Shown: positions 10,147 through 19,547 of the stretch, in pieces
How positions within the stretch are numbered: position 1 is the stretch's first letter
Layout: each line of letters opens with the position of its first letter
Source: an uncultured Candidatus Saccharibacteria bacterium
Lineage (GTDB): Bacteria; Patescibacteriota; Minisyncoccia; Phycocordibacterales; UBA9973
DNA length: 64,000 nucleotides
Reading direction: 5' to 3'
Assembly: GCA_964502615.1 (NCBI GenBank)
Contig: CAZCXF010000001.1
Span: 151,516 to 215,515, forward strand
Translations under genes and position numbers: made by a program
Notes under the pieces: model-generated
The model's input: the letters and a program-made list of their open reading frames with translations, nothing else
Database searches by the model: none
Told to the model about the DNA's origin: nothing

Positions 10147-10731
10147 CTATCTACTTGTTTTTATCTTTACACTCCCTTGCCTTAATATTTCTATTTCGCC
10201 ATCTTTGAATCTTATTAGGGTTGAAGGTTTAGAAATTTTTGTTCCTCCGTTTATATAAAGATCGATTTTATTACCAAAGTATTTTTTGGCTTCTACAATA
10301 TTTTTTGCGGAAGGTAGCCCTTCAGGGTTAGCACTAGGAGCAGATAGTGGACCTGCTTTGCTAATAACCTTATATAAATTTTTATTTTTAGGCCCAACCA
10401 TACGAAAGGCAATTGTATCTGTACCTCTGTGTAAATATGAAAACTTTTTATTTTTACAATCTAGCACTACACTTACCTTTCCAGGCCAGAAAGCTTCTAG
10501 CGATTTTTTTTGTTCTTTTGATATTTTAATATCGAACTTTCCAAGCTGGCTAAAAGAAGATATTAGTACAATGCAAGGCTTGCCTTTGTCGCGAGCTCTT
10601 ACTTTATATATATTTTCTACAGTCTTTCTGTTTAAAGCACTTCCAAGAACCCCATATATAGTGTCAGTTGGGGCTACAATAATACCTCCTTGTTTCAATA
10701 TTTTTACAGTTTTATTTACATCAAAATTCAT
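10147..10731 (-). CDS. tsaC: L-threonylcarbamoyladenylate synthase (TsaC/YrdC/Sua5 family)
   Basis: YrdC-domain motifs 'VAPTDTIYGVLG' and 'KGKPCIVLISS'. The 194-aa length fits. Confidence 0.8.
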   Translation of the reverse strand: MNFDVNKTVKILKQGGIIVAPTDTIYGVLGSALNRKTVENIYKVRARDKGKPCIVLISSFSQLGKFDIKISKEQKKSLEAFWPGKVSVVLDCKNKKFSYLHRGTDTIAFRMVGPKNKNLYKVISKAGPLSAPSANPEGLPSAKNIVEAKKYFGNKIDLYINGGTKISKPSTLIRFKDGEIEILRQGSVKIKTSR

Positions 10732-10802
10732 ATACAGATAATATCATAAAAAATGGCATCCGCTGACTTGTGGTCTTTGGATGCCGTGAATGAGTTTGGT
10801 TT

Positions 10803-11120
10803 TCATAAGAAAATATTTATAAGTACTAAAAGTACAGTGAGTAATATTATAAATATAATCGTAGAAAACAGGTTTTTTAATCCTCTTCTTTTAAGTGCAG
10901 GGATTGGTGCACCTCTCTTTACCTCTACGGCTTCAAGAATGAAACCAGACAAAGAGAAACTTTGATCCCAAAGGAATGTTAACACCTTAGGGATAAAAGT
11001 GCCGATAAACCACTTAATGAATTGAAGTGATTTATCCAGGATCATGTTAATTAAAGCGGTTAGTGATGTGGTATTACTTTTCTGACTCATGATTGTTAAT
11101 TTGGGTATATTATACCACAA
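10803..11120 (-). CDS. Hypothetical small protein with a C-terminal TM helix
   Basis: ORF 19 nt downstream of the PCD gene on the same strand. It overlaps a plus-strand ORF (10753..10965) and only one of the two is likely real. Confidence 0.3.
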   Translation of the reverse strand: MWYNIPKLTIMSQKSNTTSLTALINMILDKSLQFIKWFIGTFIPKVLTFLWDQSFSLSGFILEAVEVKRGAPIPALKRRGLKNLFSTIIFIILLTVLLVLINIFL

Positions 11121-11139
11121 ACAATACCAAAAGTCAATG

Positions 11140-11481
11140 TTATATATTGTTTATTTTAGCCGCTACTATAAAGTCATTTTGGGAAAGTCCCCCAATAGCG
11201 TGAGTAGTAAGAGTAATATTTACTTTACCCCAACCTAGCTCAATATCTGGATGATGACCTTCGCTCTCAGCGATAGCTCCAACTTTATTTACAAAAGCTA
11301 ATGCTTCAGCAAAATTTTTAAATTCAAATTTTTTAGAAATGCTTTTCGCATCTTGTGAAAGTACCCAATCTTTTACATGAAATAGAAGCATTGCTTCCGC
11401 ATCTGCCTTTGTCATTGGGTCTACTCCCCCTTCGCACGGCACACATTTTTGTTCTAGTAAATTCATAAATAATTTTAACAA
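11140..11481 (-). CDS. Pterin-4-alpha-carbinolamine dehydratase (PCD/DCoH)
   Basis: Conserved 'EGHHPD' motif and a length of about 110 aa. Confidence 0.85.
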   Translation of the reverse strand: MLKLFMNLLEQKCVPCEGGVDPMTKADAEAMLLFHVKDWVLSQDAKSISKKFEFKNFAEALAFVNKVGAIAESEGHHPDIELGWGKVNITLTTHAIGGLSQNDFIVAAKINNI

Positions 11482-12368
11482 ACAGAAGTAAAATCTCTAT
11501 ATGCATCTGTGGAATGACCACTTCCATCAGTAACTCTATAATGTCTTGTAGTAACTGCCAAACAACCTCCACCGCCACCTATTGCTTCAGCTTTTTTATT
11601 TGTAAAAAAAGATTTTATATTTGCAAGGAAGCTAGGTTTAGGATTATAGGCGTGAGGTGTGTAAGTATCTGGAAAGATTATTTGAACATTAGCAGTTAAA
11701 TCACCATCTTCTGGATCGCTTGCAGTATAGCTTGGCTCAGCCCAACTTGAAGGTAGAACTCCAAAAACAGAGGATCCGTTATATGTAAAAACTCCAGTAT
11801 AAACAGTATAACCAACAACTGAAGGAGGGGTTAACACTATAGTAGGAGAAGCGCCACCTGAGCTTCCACGTGTCGCATTATTACAATTTTTAGTAGCACC
11901 AATAGCAAGAAGTCCTGAGACTTGAGTTGAAGATAATGTACTATCGATACACCAGTATTTATTGGAAATTGATTTTAATGGAAATATAACAACATACGAA
12001 CTAGAGTCTGATTGGTATTCGTATTTACTCCCATTATCAACCGCAGTATAACCTGCTCCCAATATCATCTGATCAAGAATTTGTTTTGCTTGTGTACCGT
12101 TATTAAATTCACTTGCATAACCAGCACCATTTGTTTCATTCTCAATAACACTTCTTAAATGAGATAGTTGTTCCTGACGCTTCCCATCTTCACCTTTATC
12201 ACGAGACTTAGAAAGTACGGTTATAATAATTGCTGTCATGATTGCAACTATTGCAATCACAACCATAATCTCAATTAAAGTAAAACCCATAAAAAACCTT
12301 TTTTTATGCTTACTATTATTTGATTTAGTTTTAGATTTCATTGTTAGTAAATTATATCTTAAACTCAA
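11475..12368 (-). CDS. Type IV pilin-like protein (prepilin-type N-terminal cleavage/methylation domain)
   Basis: Basic leader, then 'G|FTLIEIMVVIAIVAIMTAII', the class-III signal and hydrophobic helix. The true start is probably an internal Met, for example 'MKSKTKS...' near 12341. It has a large C-terminal globular part. Confidence 0.75.
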   Translation of the reverse strand: MSLRYNLLTMKSKTKSNNSKHKKRFFMGFTLIEIMVVIAIVAIMTAIIITVLSKSRDKGEDGKRQEQLSHLRSVIENETNGAGYASEFNNGTQAKQILDQMILGAGYTAVDNGSKYEYQSDSSSYVVIFPLKSISNKYWCIDSTLSSTQVSGLLAIGATKNCNNATRGSSGGASPTIVLTPPSVVGYTVYTGVFTYNGSSVFGVLPSSWAEPSYTASDPEDGDLTANVQIIFPDTYTPHAYNPKPSFLANIKSFFTNKKAEAIGGGGGCLAVTTRHYRVTDGSGHSTDAYRDFTSVC

Positions 12369-13473
12369 TCACATCGCCATCTTTGACTATATATTCTTTT
12401 CCTTCTGTGCGGACTTTTCCTTTCGCGCGTGCTTCGCCATAACTCCCTGCATCAAGTAAATCCTGGAAGTAGACTACTTCTGCACGGATAAATTTATCCT
12501 TAAAATCTGTATGGATTGCAGTACCTGCGATAGGCGCTGTTGAGCCGTGCTTTATAGTCCAAGCTCTAGTCTCATCTTCACCGGTAGTAAAATAGGTATC
12601 AAGGCCAAGAAGTTTGTAACCTTCTTTGATCAGATTATTTATTCCATCATCTTCTCCGCCGAGTTCTTTTCGGAATGTTTCTTTTTCTTCTCCTTCAAAA
12701 TCTTTCAATTCCTCTTCAATTTTTGCATCAAGCACTACATAGCGTGATCCAGATTTCTCTATATAGTCAGTAAGTTCTTTGAAAATTTCTGGATTCATTT
12801 CATCTAGGTTTTTAGTACCTCCTCTTTTATTTAATCCATATAGAAAAGGTTTTAGGGTGAGCAGATTTAGCATTTTTACTTTTTCCAATTCTTTCTCATC
12901 AAATTCCACAGTATTTGCAAGCATACCTCTCTCAAAAGCTTTTTCAAGTTTTACAAGTGCTCCTTCTTCTATGATTGCTTCTTTATCACCTTTTTTTATT
13001 TCTTTCTGAATATTATTTTTTCTTTTTGAAACAGTTTCAAGATCAGAAAGTATGAGCTCTAGGTTTATCACTTCGATATCACGAAGTGGATCGATATCGC
13101 CATATACGTGAATAATTTCTCCTCCCTTATCACTCTTTAATGGAAATATTCTTACCATCTCAAGTATCGCATCAACTTCGCGAATATTTGCCAAGAATTT
13201 ATTGCCAAGACCTTCACCTTTTGATGCTCCTTTTACAAGACCTGCAATATCTACGAATTCTATAACTGCTGGTACAGTTTTGGCTGATTTTGAAAATTCT
13301 GAAAGTTTCCAAAGTCTTTCATCTGGTACAGGAACAATCCCTACTGAAGGATCAATAGTACAAAATGGGTAGTTCTCTGCTGGTACACCTTTTTTGGTGA
13401 GTGCATTAAAAAGCGTCGACTTACCGACGTTTGGCAGACCTACAATTCCGATTGATAGCATACAATACGACAA
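12352..13473 (-). CDS. ychF: Ribosome-binding ATPase YchF (Obg-family GTPase)
   Basis: 'IGIVGLPNVGKSTLFNALT' G1 motif, a TGS domain at the C-terminus, 373 aa. Confidence 0.9.
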   Translation of the reverse strand: MSYCMLSIGIVGLPNVGKSTLFNALTKKGVPAENYPFCTIDPSVGIVPVPDERLWKLSEFSKSAKTVPAVIEFVDIAGLVKGASKGEGLGNKFLANIREVDAILEMVRIFPLKSDKGGEIIHVYGDIDPLRDIEVINLELILSDLETVSKRKNNIQKEIKKGDKEAIIEEGALVKLEKAFERGMLANTVEFDEKELEKVKMLNLLTLKPFLYGLNKRGGTKNLDEMNPEIFKELTDYIEKSGSRYVVLDAKIEEELKDFEGEEKETFRKELGGEDDGINNLIKEGYKLLGLDTYFTTGEDETRAWTIKHGSTAPIAGTAIHTDFKDKFIRAEVVYFQDLLDAGSYGEARAKGKVRTEGKEYIVKDGDVIEFKI

Positions 13474-13685
13474 ATTCCGCCCTTATTTTGTAAAGGTATT
13501 TTTGTAATTAAGCTTTTATGAGCCGACTTTTTCATAAAATCATCATAACTGATTATTGACGATTTTCAAAATCTTAAATTGTTGACCCTTTCGCAACTTT
13601 TCAGGTCGTAAGTAAATAATAGGAAAACTCTTAGTTGTTTGTAAGGGAGGGGATGTATTCGAAAATTTAGGTTTATTGATTTGTC

Positions 13686-14609
13686 TTAAAAAGAAGTATT
13701 CAACTTTTCATCAAATACGTGTTCGTATTTTTCTGGATTCCGAAACCCATTTTCATTAAAATCACCAATAAGGTCTTTAAAGTTAAATGCTTTTGAACCA
13801 TTTTTAAGTTTTATAAAAACTCTACATTCTTCTTTATTTCCAAAAAAATGTCTTTGCGGATGTGTTACATCTTCATGTACTAAATCCTCCTTGAAAATAC
13901 TTTTATTAAAGTAAGTCATTAGTTTTTTATGAACCAAATCCAGGTAATCCTTTCCTTGGTCACCAACATTAAAATATTCGCCATGAACTAATCTATGACG
14001 CAATCCAACACTCGAATTTTTCCTTGTTCCAAAAAGTTCTTTAGTTAAATTTTCTCCCAAAATTGTGTTTATTAGGTTCCAATCCTTTTTACCATCTTTT
14101 TTCACCAACGCTTCAATTGCTGAAAACATTAAAAGTAACTTGGGTGAGTAACCAATTGTATTAACTGCGTCATTCCAGTAATAGTAAAATGCTTCCGGTA
14201 TTTCGGTACTTTTTAAAAGTACTTTTAGAGCTTTTTGCTCTCCCTCCATAAACATTAAACCAACAGATCTAACATCTTTTGTATATCTAAAAAAGGCTAC
14301 ATCGCTATTGACTTTACTTATTAGAAAAGGTTCACCGTAGAATTCTATATAACTTTGAGAGATTAAAGCTATCCTTGGAATTATTTTCACCAATTTATCT
14401 CTAAAAAGTTTAAAAGCTTTATGAGAATCTTTAGCCTCTGTATTAAATTCTGCTATCCAGGCATCTGATAACCACCCATCTCTGTAATTAAAATCCCAAT
14501 GAGAAAAAGAAATTCCATCAACATCAAAAGAAGCTGGTTTTTCTTTATTTTCCATTACTGCACAATGTGCAAGAGTAAGTATCTTATGTTCAATTTTATA
14601 TTTATTCAT
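13686..14609 (-). CDS. Hypothetical protein with a possible HEPN-like R-x4-H motif ('GLRHRLVHGEY')
   Basis: No recognisable housekeeping homology. The R-x4-H motif sits in a predicted helical context. It is adjacent to another orphan ORF. Confidence 0.45.
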   Translation of the reverse strand: MNKYKIEHKILTLAHCAVMENKEKPASFDVDGISFSHWDFNYRDGWLSDAWIAEFNTEAKDSHKAFKLFRDKLVKIIPRIALISQSYIEFYGEPFLISKVNSDVAFFRYTKDVRSVGLMFMEGEQKALKVLLKSTEIPEAFYYYWNDAVNTIGYSPKLLLMFSAIEALVKKDGKKDWNLINTILGENLTKELFGTRKNSSVGLRHRLVHGEYFNVGDQGKDYLDLVHKKLMTYFNKSIFKEDLVHEDVTHPQRHFFGNKEECRVFIKLKNGSKAFNFKDLIGDFNENGFRNPEKYEHVFDEKLNTSF

Positions 14610-14658
14610 TGATTTCTTTAGAAACTGTTATGTGATCATAATTACTCCCATAATAATA

Positions 14659-15429
14659 TTATTTCAATTTACCAACTTCATCCGCCCATTTTTTCGACAT
14701 TCCTTCTAGTGTGTCTTCCAGGCCCCAGCTAAACCTTTTGTTTGCTTCTTTTGAAATATGGAAGAAACAATCAAATGCGACAACAAGCGTAGTTCGTGAC
14801 AAATCCAAATTTTCTCCTATATTCAGGATAGTACCTTCTTCTGTATGACTCATGTATTCGTTCATACTCCTCGCATTTGTATGTCCAATTGTGCATTGCA
14901 AACTATAAACAGTATTATAAAGATCTGATCTGCCTATTGTTTCAGACATGCCTTTTATACCTTTATCTGACCAACCGTTTGTATACTTATATTTTTCCAT
15001 CACCTTTTTATACTCCTCCTCAATTTCAGCAAGCGCACCTTCTTTATTATCTGACTTTATTGCTTTATTAAGACCCATCAAAAGTTCATCCTTAGTTATA
15101 ATATAGTCATACATTTTTTTACGGGTCACCCAGTCATAGCTCATATAACGCATGAGGGTATCTTCAGTCTCATCCTGAAGAACGTAAACGGCAGTAACCA
15201 TCAATTCCAGCAATGTACGTGCGAGCATGAATGCATCTTCACCATAACCACTCCGACACAGTAACCCTATGGCTTCATAAGTCTTAAAAGACTTGCCCAT
15301 TACAAATGCCATAAAAAAGTCTTTGTTGTCTCCATTAGTAATCTCTAGCTGGAGTTTAGACTCAATAAGATCGTGGAGTTGTTTATTAAAATTGAGGATG
15401 ATATTTATCTCTCCATTACTCATAAACAT
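14659..15429 (-). CDS. Hypothetical all-alpha protein (possibly DUF5677-like)
   Basis: ORF with no housekeeping match. It is paired head-to-tail with 13686..14609. Confidence 0.45.
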   Translation of the reverse strand: MFMSNGEINIILNFNKQLHDLIESKLQLEITNGDNKDFFMAFVMGKSFKTYEAIGLLCRSGYGEDAFMLARTLLELMVTAVYVLQDETEDTLMRYMSYDWVTRKKMYDYIITKDELLMGLNKAIKSDNKEGALAEIEEEYKKVMEKYKYTNGWSDKGIKGMSETIGRSDLYNTVYSLQCTIGHTNARSMNEYMSHTEEGTILNIGENLDLSRTTLVVAFDCFFHISKEANKRFSWGLEDTLEGMSKKWADEVGKLK

Positions 15430-15633
15430 ATTTTAACATTTTTAGCCGATACAAACTAAAAAGTCCCTGACATACTGCTAAATCAGATAAAGAGTAAAAT
15501 TGTTTGATTTTTAAACACTATGCCACTTGTTTATGGAATTCGTTATAAATCTTATCGTAGTCCTTTGGGACTCTCTGATACATGGGAGGTAGTTCTATCT
15601 CAAATTCAAATGGAATATAGGCCTCAAATTCAG

Positions 15634-15723
15634 GAAGTCGGATTGTGCTCTGACCATCGGGGAAAATTTCTAGGCTTTCGTTGAAAGGCTTATTTGACTG
15701 AAGTCGGATTGTGCTCTGACCAT
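15634..15723. repeat. Two perfect 24-bp direct repeats (GAAGTCGGATTGTGCTCTGACCAT) separated by a 42-bp spacer
   Basis: Exact identity read from the sequence at 15634..15657 and 15700..15723. Both copies lie in the same frame of a minus-strand stop-to-stop ORF, where each encodes 'GQSTIRL'. That ORF has no ATG start. Confidence 0.8.
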
Positions 15724-15766
15724 ACCAATTGAAAGACTCATAATACTCTTTAATATAGCAGAGTAT

Positions 15767-16210
15767 TTAATTATTGACTACATGCCAGATTATCACTATC
15801 AAACTTCCCCACCAACCTAGATCTGAAATAATCAGGCTAACCATTATTTTATTCTGCCAAGATTTTGGAAGTAATTCAGAAGACTTTCCCTGACGTTCAC
15901 GTTCAAGTAAAAACGGACTCACAGAAAATGAAAGAAATATTCCATTTAATATCAAAATAGCCGCAACATAAGCTAAATAAACCGGCGTCCCAACAAAAGG
16001 AGCATTGTAGAAATATATAAGCCCACCAATGATAGCAAGTACTGTGCCAGCCCAAATCATTGGTTTGGTAACCTTGTGCGTACGAGTCGTAGCTTCTGTC
16101 CAATAGTTAGACTTTCTGCCGAGAAATCCATGGATATCAATCACGGTTACGGCTCCGAGTCCGATTATATAACCCATAATTAAAATAAATAGTCCGATAA
16201 AATGTTGCAT
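15767..16210 (-). CDS. Hypothetical integral membrane protein (4 TM)
   Basis: Hydrophobic profile. It sits 4 nt downstream of the DUF559 gene. Confidence 0.5.
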   Translation of the reverse strand: MQHFIGLFILIMGYIIGLGAVTVIDIHGFLGRKSNYWTEATTRTHKVTKPMIWAGTVLAIIGGLIYFYNAPFVGTPVYLAYVAAILILNGIFLSFSVSPFLLERERQGKSSELLPKSWQNKIMVSLIISDLGWWGSLIVIIWHVVNN

Positions 16211-16213
16211 AGG

Positions 16214-16555
16214 TTATTTTGTTTTATGTAAATTATCTCCCATTTTATTCGAGGATTTATTTACAACTTTTGCAATCGCATTTGCAATAGTTTCCAAATG
16301 ATTTTCAATTTCTTGATTTGTAATATGTTTTGTAAAAAATCCTTCCTTAGCTGAAAAATAATCTCTATTAAAATCAGCAAATACTTGTTTTGGCCTCATA
16401 TCATGTTGGGCTCCATCAATTTCAATATATATTTTTGCTTTTGGTATAAATATATCAACATGTTTATGTCCATCCCAATGCTCGAGTTCAACAACAATTC
16501 CTCTTTGTTTTAAAGCTTGAGCTAGGAATACTGTTTGTGGTGTAGATTTTTTCAT
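16214..16555 (-). CDS. DUF559 / Vsr-like restriction-endonuclease-fold domain protein
   Basis: 'HVDIFIPKAKIYIEIDGAQH' matches the DUF559 core 'VDF....KL.IE.DG.QH', a PD-(D/E)xK-like fold. Confidence 0.6.
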   Translation of the reverse strand: MKKSTPQTVFLAQALKQRGIVVELEHWDGHKHVDIFIPKAKIYIEIDGAQHDMRPKQVFADFNRDYFSAKEGFFTKHITNQEIENHLETIANAIAKVVNKSSNKMGDNLHKTK

Positions 16556-16590
16556 TTAAATATTTTAGAAAGAAATTTCCAGTCATTTAA

Positions 16591-18171
16591 CTACTCCCAT
16601 TTTGTAATTGAAAAAATAAACTTATAATCATTCTTATTGATTTTTTGACCAAATGGTTTGTCTATTTTAACTTCCTTTAAGTAAACCTCGTTATTCCCAA
16701 TATTAATATTTCTTAATCCTAATGTGAAATCTAAATTGGCATTAATTTTTTTGTTATCTTCTGAAATCCAAGAATTAATTGCACGTATAGAAGTCGGACT
16801 AGTACAGTACTCTTTATATATATTAATGCAATTACCCTCATCCAAAATAGCAGACACTGTTAAACTAGAATTAGCAACATTTATAGGCTGACCAAATTTC
16901 GCCACAACTAATTTTTCAACATGCTGTGATGGTGGAAGTGGATAAACTGTTACAGGATAATTAGTATTGGGTATATAATATTTTCCGTAATTAAGAACGT
17001 TACCATTATTGTCTACCGGCTGTCCTAAAAAGTTAAATAATATTTTTTCACTTCTTGAAAATGATGCAGTAATTTCTATAATACTTTTAATATTATCAAT
17101 TAAAACGTAATCAGTAGGGCCACTGTAGATCATTTGTGTTTTACCTGTACTAATATCAACAATATAGGAAGGATAAGTTATTAACCCATTATTATCATGA
17201 CCTCCTCCAATAAAAATCTTATCAGAATTTAAAGTATTAAAATAAAAAGGGAAATTAAAAAGTTTATCAGTAACGTAAGAACTAGAATTATCTTTCAAAT
17301 TAAACTTAATTAACTTAAGAGGATCATCTTTTGTAGGATTATAGTTGATGGGATTTAATGGTTCATCATTAACATACATAAGAGCATATATAAAATCCTT
17401 GTTATTACTAAATATAAATGGTTTATCATGATCAAAAGGATTATCTTGTTCTTTAGAACTATTGTATAAATAGTTATACAATCTACCAACCTTAATGCTT
17501 GTGTGCTTTTGTATATCGCGTACATGTAGAACATTGTTCTGTGAGTAAGCTAGATAATTGTTAGAGCCAAATCTTATATAGTCAATATTATTACTTGGAT
17601 TAATTTCATCTATTACTTCATTTTTTGAAGCATCGTATATTAAATATTTATATATTTCTTTACCTTTACCATCATATGGTACTGCTTGATCCTGAATTGT
17701 TATTATAGAATCACCAATTGGATTTACCTCAAACAATGCATCATTTACATTTAAATCTGAAACAGTTTTATTTTGTGTATCTATCATATAATTCTGAAAA
17801 TTACAAAATTCAACACAATCATTTGGTCCAACCCTAAAGAACCAGAATCTATTATTATCGGTTTTAATTATGCCTTTATTGTCTTGATTACTTCCACTTA
17901 TATGTTTGTTTTTTAGACCAATTGTGTTCAAAAGTTTATCAGCGTTGTCTGGAACATCTGAAATATGCCTAGTATTTGAAATAATTTTTTTAGAATCTAT
18001 AGGATGAACGAGCAAGGATGATAATATGTTTGAAGTCTGAAAATATCCATTAAAAAGTATCTTGAGACCAAAAATTAGAACAAACAATATGAATATCCAA
18101 ATCAAAATAGATTTTATAAAGTTTTTATTTTTAGGAGGAAACTGCACATTGTTGTCTAATTCCTTTTCCAT
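16591..18171 (-). CDS. Hypothetical secreted/membrane-anchored Asn/Tyr-rich protein
   Basis: N-terminal TM or signal anchor. The 526-aa protein is low-complexity and N/Y/K-rich, and the gene is very AT-rich. Confidence 0.5.
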   Translation of the reverse strand: MEKELDNNVQFPPKNKNFIKSILIWIFILFVLIFGLKILFNGYFQTSNILSSLLVHPIDSKKIISNTRHISDVPDNADKLLNTIGLKNKHISGSNQDNKGIIKTDNNRFWFFRVGPNDCVEFCNFQNYMIDTQNKTVSDLNVNDALFEVNPIGDSIITIQDQAVPYDGKGKEIYKYLIYDASKNEVIDEINPSNNIDYIRFGSNNYLAYSQNNVLHVRDIQKHTSIKVGRLYNYLYNSSKEQDNPFDHDKPFIFSNNKDFIYALMYVNDEPLNPINYNPTKDDPLKLIKFNLKDNSSSYVTDKLFNFPFYFNTLNSDKIFIGGGHDNNGLITYPSYIVDISTGKTQMIYSGPTDYVLIDNIKSIIEITASFSRSEKILFNFLGQPVDNNGNVLNYGKYYIPNTNYPVTVYPLPPSQHVEKLVVAKFGQPINVANSSLTVSAILDEGNCINIYKEYCTSPTSIRAINSWISEDNKKINANLDFTLGLRNINIGNNEVYLKEVKIDKPFGQKINKNDYKFIFSITKWE

Positions 18172-18198
18172 TATATTAGATTATATCAAAATACTTTA

Positions 18199-18789
18199 TT
18201 AAAACATAGAACTTACTTTACTAGAAACAACTTTATTATAAATAAAACAATTTTTTACGTGTGCTCCAGATAGATACCCTGTACTCATTAAGAATTCATT
18301 TACAATCTCACCTCCAGTGAATTTAAAAGTTTTCTTGAATAGTTTTACCCACTCATCTTTGCTATTAGTCTTGTGATGATCGAGCCATTTTTTAAATGAA
18401 CCGAATTCTTTTTTAATACCTAATATCACATTTGCATTATGAATTGCTGCATCTATTTTTAATCGGTTGCGGATAATTCCAGGGTCAGAGAGTAGTCGCT
18501 TACGGTCGGAATTTTTATAAGAAGCAACTTTTTTAATATTGAAGTTATGAAATGCTTTTTTGAAATTTTTTTGTTTATTTAAAATAGTATTCCAGCTAAG
18601 TCCGGCTTGGTTTATCTCAAGCACTAAGCGCTCAAAAAGTTCATTGTCATTTTTAATCGGAAAACCATAATACTTGTCATGATAAACACGATGGACATTT
18701 TTCTTGTCCAAGGTTTGTACAAATTCGCAATATGATCTAGGCTTCGGTTGTGACGCCATCAAATTCTGCTTCGTTAGCTGCTGCTTCAT
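18199..18789 (-). CDS. tag: DNA-3-methyladenine glycosylase I (Tag)
   Basis: 'CEFV...YHDKYYGFP...ELFERLVLEINQAGLSWNTIL' Tag signature. The start is probably an internal Met, which would relieve the overlap with the cupin gene. Confidence 0.85.
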   Translation of the reverse strand: MKQQLTKQNLMASQPKPRSYCEFVQTLDKKNVHRVYHDKYYGFPIKNDNELFERLVLEINQAGLSWNTILNKQKNFKKAFHNFNIKKVASYKNSDRKRLLSDPGIIRNRLKIDAAIHNANVILGIKKEFGSFKKWLDHHKTNSKDEWVKLFKKTFKFTGGEIVNEFLMSTGYLSGAHVKNCFIYNKVVSSKVSSMF

Positions 18790-19138
18790 CTTTTGTCACT
18801 CGGACAATACCATCTTTATGGTGAGCTGGAGAATATATAGTATAGAGTTTTAGATCCTCCGTAGCTGAAGTATTCATAATGTTATGCTCTGCTCCTGCTG
18901 GCACTACAATAACATCCCCATCCTTGAGTTCATATTCAGTCTCATTTATTATGCATTTACCAGTACCCTTTTCAAAACGGAAAAATTGATCATTCTCAGG
19001 ATGAACTTCTGAGCCAATGTCTTCGAGTGGTTTTAAACTCATAAGGACTAATTGGCTATGCTTGCCCGTGTATAAAACTTTTCTAAAATTGTTATTCTCA
19101 ACTGTATCTTTTTCTATATTTGTGTGAAATCCTTTCAT
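18737..19138 (-). CDS. Cupin-domain protein
   Basis: 'GSEVHPENDQFFRFEKGTGKCIINETEYELKDGDVIVVPAGAEHNIMN' double-His cupin motifs. Confidence 0.7.
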   Translation of the reverse strand: MKGFHTNIEKDTVENNNFRKVLYTGKHSQLVLMSLKPLEDIGSEVHPENDQFFRFEKGTGKCIINETEYELKDGDVIVVPAGAEHNIMNTSATEDLKLYTIYSPAHHKDGIVRVTKDEAAANEAEFDGVTTEA

Positions 19139-19143
19139 ATATT

Positions 19144-19542
19144 TTATTTATTTAAGTAAGTAATAGTGATTTGTAAAACTGTTGCAAACGAAACCCAAAC
19201 TAAATAAGGAATATTTATATAAACTATCGACCGCATATATGGCCAGATCGTGTACATAGCCCATACTAGTGTTGCTAGGACAAGAAGTATATCTATCATA
19301 GCCAGGAGATTATTTTTAAGTCCAAACTGAAGTGGGGTAAAAGCGAAATTAAAAATAAGATTTAGAACAAAAGGTAGTGCAACGATGGCCGGCAAGTCAC
19401 CCTTTATGACTTTGTAAAACACAGTTCCAAAGCTATATGCAATAAGAATATAAAGTACAGTCCAAACTGGCCCGAATATCCAGCTTGGGGGTGACCAAGT
19501 TGGTCTGACTAATGTTGAATACCAATTGTAAGAATTAGACAT
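19144..19542 (-). CDS. TspO/MBR family (tryptophan-rich sensory protein)
   Basis: 'RPTWSPPSWIFGPVWTVLYILIAYS' and 5 TM helices, typical of TspO. Confidence 0.8.
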   Translation of the reverse strand: MSNSYNWYSTLVRPTWSPPSWIFGPVWTVLYILIAYSFGTVFYKVIKGDLPAIVALPFVLNLIFNFAFTPLQFGLKNNLLAMIDILLVLATLVWAMYTIWPYMRSIVYINIPYLVWVSFATVLQITITYLNK

Positions 19543-19547
19543 ATAGT

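Noticed and set aside
15634-15723. CRISPR array call for the two 24-bp direct repeats
   Set aside because: There are only two repeat copies and no cas genes anywhere in the window. Both copies are in-frame within one ORF-like stretch. It is reported as a repeat, not a CRISPR.
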